A stretch of 64,000 bases of DNA, from assembly GCA_965215335.1 (NCBI GenBank), contig CBDCDA010000001.1, positions 224,001 through 288,000 of the forward strand, given 5' to 3'. Below the pieces are notes generated by a model, which was not told where the DNA came from, made no database searches, and worked only from the letters and a program-made list of their open reading frames with translations. The stretch is from an uncultured Candidatus Entotheonella sp. GTDB lineage: Bacteria > Tectomicrobia > Entotheonellia > Entotheonellales > Entotheonellaceae. The position numbers were made by a program, and so were the translations under genes. Shown in pieces: positions 60,553-64,000 of the stretch (the first letter of the stretch is position 1; every line of letters begins with the position of its first letter).

Positions 60553-61248
60553 TCAGAACGCCAGGTAGCGCTTGAGGTCCGCGTCCGACATGTCGTCGAG
60601 CCTGCCTTCCAGGACGATGCTGCCCTGTTCCATGACGAAGACGTGGTCGGCGAGGCGGCTGGCGAACTCGACGTATTGTTCGACGAGCAGAATGGCCATG
60701 TTGCCGGCTGCTTTCAGGCGCTGGATGATGGCTTCGATCTCCAGGATGATGGAGGGCTGGATGCCCTCGGTGGGCTCGTCGAGGAGAAGGAGTCGGGGAC
60801 GGGTAACGAGGGCGCGGGCGATGGCCAGTTGCTGTTGCTGGCCGCCGCTGAGGTAGCCGCCCTTGCGGTGCAGCATGGTTTGCAGGACGGGAAAGAGCTC
60901 GAAAATGTCGTCCAGGATGGTGGTGGCGGGCCTGCTTTGAGCAACGAGGCCGATACGGAGATTTTCCAGGACGGTCATGTCGGGGAAGATTTCGCGGCCC
61001 TGCGGCACGTAGCCGATGCCCTGCCGGGCGCGGCGGTCGGACGACAGACTGCCGAGCGGCTTGTCCTGGAACGTGATGGCGCCGGAGCGGGGCTTCAGAA
61101 GGCCCATGACACTCTTCAGCAACGTGGTCTTGCCGACGCCGTTGCGTCCCATGAGGCAGACGACCTGGCCGGCCGGAACGTGCAGGTCGACGTCCCAGAG
61201 CACCTGGCTTTCGCCGTAACTCACACACAGGCGGTGGATGGCAAGCAT
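60553..61248 (-). CDS. urtE: Urea ABC transporter ATPase
   Basis: GRNGVGKT, YVPQGREIF, LSGGQQQQLAI, DEPTEGIQP. Confidence 0.93.
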   Translation of the reverse strand: MLAIHRLCVSYGESQVLWDVDLHVPAGQVVCLMGRNGVGKTTLLKSVMGLLKPRSGAITFQDKPLGSLSSDRRARQGIGYVPQGREIFPDMTVLENLRIGLVAQSRPATTILDDIFELFPVLQTMLHRKGGYLSGGQQQQLAIARALVTRPRLLLLDEPTEGIQPSIILEIEAIIQRLKAAGNMAILLVEQYVEFASRLADHVFVMEQGSIVLEGRLDDMSDADLKRYLAF

Positions 61249-61254
61249 CGCCGG

Positions 61255-62007
61255 CTAACCCCTTCCCAGATAGACTTCGACCACTCGGGGGTCGCGTTGC
61301 ACGTGCGCCACCGAGCCCTCGCAGAGAATCCGGCCTTCGTGCAGAACCGTTACCCGGTGGGCCGTCTGGCGCACGAACTCCATGTCGTGTTCAACCACCA
61401 GCACGGCATGGTCCCTGGCCAGGTCCTGCAAAATCTCCCCGGTCTTCTCGCGTTCCTCCCGGGTCATGCCGGCGACCGGCTCGTCCAGAAGAAACAGGGC
61501 CGGCTCCTGCACCATGACCATGCCGATCTCCAGCCACTGCATCTCGCCGTGCGACAGTGCTCCCGCTTGGTTTTGGGCTTTCCGTTCCAGCCCCAGGGTC
61601 TGCAAGGTCGAATAGATTTTGTCCACATGGCCGCGGCCCAGGACGCCGAACAGGGTTGCCATCACGTCGCGGCGGTAGCGCAGGGCAAGGGTCAGGTTGT
61701 CGATGAGCGTGAGGTTCCTGAAAACGGTGGGGGTCTGGAACTTGCGCCCGATGCCCAGCATGGCGATCTCGTGTTCCTCGAACTCGCCAAGGTTGGTGCG
61801 CTGGCCGAAGATGACGCGCCCGGTGTCCGGTCTGGCTCTGCCGCAGATGACGTCGAGCAAGGTCGTCTTGCCGGCCCCGTTGGGACCGATCAAGGCACGC
61901 AACTCGCCGTGGTCGACGTAAAAATCGACTTCTTTCAGCGCCTGGAAGCCATCGAACGTGACGGTGATGTCCTCAATGTACATGATGGTGCCGCGTTGTT
62001 GTTCCAC
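61255..62007 (-). CDS. urtD: Urea ABC transporter ATPase
   Basis: GPNGAGKT, IGRKFQTP, LSHGEMQWLEIGM. Confidence 0.93.
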   Translation of the reverse strand: MEQQRGTIMYIEDITVTFDGFQALKEVDFYVDHGELRALIGPNGAGKTTLLDVICGRARPDTGRVIFGQRTNLGEFEEHEIAMLGIGRKFQTPTVFRNLTLIDNLTLALRYRRDVMATLFGVLGRGHVDKIYSTLQTLGLERKAQNQAGALSHGEMQWLEIGMVMVQEPALFLLDEPVAGMTREEREKTGEILQDLARDHAVLVVEHDMEFVRQTAHRVTVLHEGRILCEGSVAHVQRDPRVVEVYLGRG

Positions 62008-62020
62008 GTGTCGCTCCCTG

Positions 62021-63184
62021 TCAGTCGTCGGACCGGCTCACGGTTGACGCCGGCTGCTCGCTGCGGCGGGGCGCCGGTTCCGGACGACGGGCCGGAGCGC
62101 CGGCGAAGCGGGCGCGCAGCCGCCGCAGGCCCCGGCGGCATTGGTTCGGAATGCCGACGATACCATCGGGAAAGAACAGGACGACGGCCACGAACAGGCC
62201 ACCCAGGATCACCGGCCACCATTCCGGGAAGCGCGCCGTCAGGACGCTGCGCGCCGCGTTGATGCCCACCGCGCCGATGATCGCGCCGATGAGGCTGTTG
62301 CGCCCGCCGGTGGCGACCCAGACGACGATTTCCAGCGACGGCAAAACACCGATCTGGCTGGGCGTGATGATGCCGACCTGCGGCACGTACAGAGCGCCCG
62401 CCAGGCCGCCCAAGGCCGCCGCCACGGCGAAAATGAAGATCTTGTACGAAGCGACCGGATAGCCCAGAAAGCGCAGGCGCTGCTCCTGGTCGCGCACCGC
62501 GGTCAGCACCAGCCCCATCTTCGAGCCCACCAGGCAGCGGCAGATGAAGAAGCTGACGACCAGCAGCAGCGCGGTGCACACGTACAGGCCGCGTTGCGTT
62601 CCGGGCGCGCTCAGCGGGTAGCCCAGCAGGGTTTTGAAATCCGTGAGGCCGTTGGTGCCGCCGAGGTTGAGCTCGTTACGGTTGAACATCAGCCAGGCGG
62701 CGAAGGCCATGGCCTGGGTCAGGATGGCAAAGTAGGTGCCGCCGACGCGTCGCCGGAACGTCAGAAAGCCGATCACGACGGCCACGACGACCGGCACCAG
62801 CAGGGCTGCGAGCAGGGCGAAGGGCAGGGAGTGGAAGGGTTTCCAGTACAACGGCAGCTGGGTCACTTGGTTCCACACCATGAAGTCGGGAATCGCTTCG
62901 CCATAGACGCCTTTGCCGCTCGATTCGAGCATCAGGTACATGCCGAAGGCGTAGGCGCCGATGCCGAAGAAGATGGCCTGCCCCAGGCTCAGGATGCCGG
63001 AGAAGCCCCAGATGAGGGCCATGCCCATGGCCAGGACGGCCAGCGACAGGTACTTGCCGAACAGGTTGAGGTAGTAGTCGGAGACGTACCCGGCGGCGTT
63101 CAGCAGCGGCAAGCCGAGCACCAGAATGACCGCCAGCAGGGCGCCCGGCAGCAGCGCTTCCTTCCAAGCCGAGGTGGGTTTCAT
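62021..63184 (-). CDS. urtC: Urea ABC transporter permease
   Basis: GILSLGQ, PDFMVWN, GGTNGLTDF, YVPQVGII. Confidence 0.92.
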   Translation of the reverse strand: MKPTSAWKEALLPGALLAVILVLGLPLLNAAGYVSDYYLNLFGKYLSLAVLAMGMALIWGFSGILSLGQAIFFGIGAYAFGMYLMLESSGKGVYGEAIPDFMVWNQVTQLPLYWKPFHSLPFALLAALLVPVVVAVVIGFLTFRRRVGGTYFAILTQAMAFAAWLMFNRNELNLGGTNGLTDFKTLLGYPLSAPGTQRGLYVCTALLLVVSFFICRCLVGSKMGLVLTAVRDQEQRLRFLGYPVASYKIFIFAVAAALGGLAGALYVPQVGIITPSQIGVLPSLEIVVWVATGGRNSLIGAIIGAVGINAARSVLTARFPEWWPVILGGLFVAVVLFFPDGIVGIPNQCRRGLRRLRARFAGAPARRPEPAPRRSEQPASTVSRSDD

Positions 63185-63202
63185 GGTCGCGGTTGACCTT
63201 CC

Positions 63203-64000
63203 TTACCGCAGCGTGCCCGCAGCCGTGCGCTCCTTGGCCGGGAAGAGACCCGTGGGTCTGAGCTGCAGGAAAATGATGACCAGCACGAGAATGCCGACCT
63301 TGGCGTAAACGGCGGCGGCGGTGCCGCCGATCAGCGGCTCCAGGAGCTTGTTCGACATGCCGACGCCACCGGACGCCAGCACCGTGCCGAACAATTTGCC
63401 GACCCCGCCCAGCACCACCACCATGAACGAGTCGACGATGTAGGTCTTGCCCACTTCCGGGTCCACGGTGCCGATGAGACTCAAGGCGCAACCCGCCAGC
63501 CCCGCCAAGGCGGTGCCGAGCGCGAAGGTGAGGGCGTCAACCTTGCGCGCGGAAATACCGATACAGGCCGCCATGTCGCGGTTCTGCGTCACCGAGCGGA
63601 TGCGCAGGCCGACGTTGGAGCGGTACAGCAGCAGGTACACCATGACCAGGGAGAGTACCGACAGGGCAATGATGAAGAGCCGGCTATAGGGGAAAATCAG
63701 CCCCGGCATGACCTCCCAGCCACCGCGAAACCAGGTGGGCGGGCTGACGCTCGTTTGATCCCCGAAATAAAGCCGCGCGCCCTGTTGCAGCACCATGCCG
63801 ATGCCCCAGGTGACGAGCAGGCTTTCGAGCGGCCGGCCGTACAGGAAGCGCAGGATGCCGCGTTCCATCAACAGGCCGACGCAGCCCGCCGTGAGGATGG
63901 ACAAGGGCAGGGCAACGACGAAGTAATAGTCGAGATGACCCGGCAGGTAGTCGGCAAAGAATTCTTGCAGCACATAGGCGGTGTACGAGCCGATCATCAG
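63203..64000 (-). CDS. urtB: Urea ABC transporter permease (5' end outside window)
   Basis: LYGRPLESLLVTWG, YIVDSFMVVVLGGVG, LQLRPTGLF. Confidence 0.92.
   Translation of the reverse strand: MMIGSYTAYVLQEFFADYLPGHLDYYFVVALPLSILTAGCVGLLMERGILRFLYGRPLESLLVTWGIGMVLQQGARLYFGDQTSVSPPTWFRGGWEVMPGLIFPYSRLFIIALSVLSLVMVYLLLYRSNVGLRIRSVTQNRDMAACIGISARKVDALTFALGTALAGLAGCALSLIGTVDPEVGKTYIVDSFMVVVLGGVGKLFGTVLASGGVGMSNKLLEPLIGGTAAAVYAKVGILVLVIIFLQLRPTGLFPAKERTAAGTLR

Overview
GC-rich bacterial chromosomal window in which metabolic genes alternate with defence-rich and decaying accessory DNA. The main result is a type VI-A CRISPR module. It comprises a 1234-aa Cas13a-like protein with two R-X4-H HEPN motifs and a mini array (two identical 36-nt repeats, one degenerate repeat, two spacers), with no cas1/cas2 in the window. 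The module is nested co-directionally inside a BREX-related/restriction-like operon: SNF2 helicase-DUF3883, [cas13a + array], DUF1156 methylase, DUF433/DUF5615 TA pair, DUF499 ATPase. A diverged helicase fragment lies just upstream of cas13a. Other accessory content includes a sacsin-like GHKL ATPase/HNH-like gene with an antitoxin-like tail ahead of MazF, a NurA-like nuclease + methyltransferase pair, a family of membrane-anchored coiled-coil repeat proteins, IS5 and IS481 remnants and many pseudogenes. Core genes include urease (ureD-amt-ureABC-FG), urtBCDE, phoBR-like, crcB, fabF, CoxD/CoxE-like genes and an M16 protease. All family assignments come from motif recognition by eye; no searches were run.
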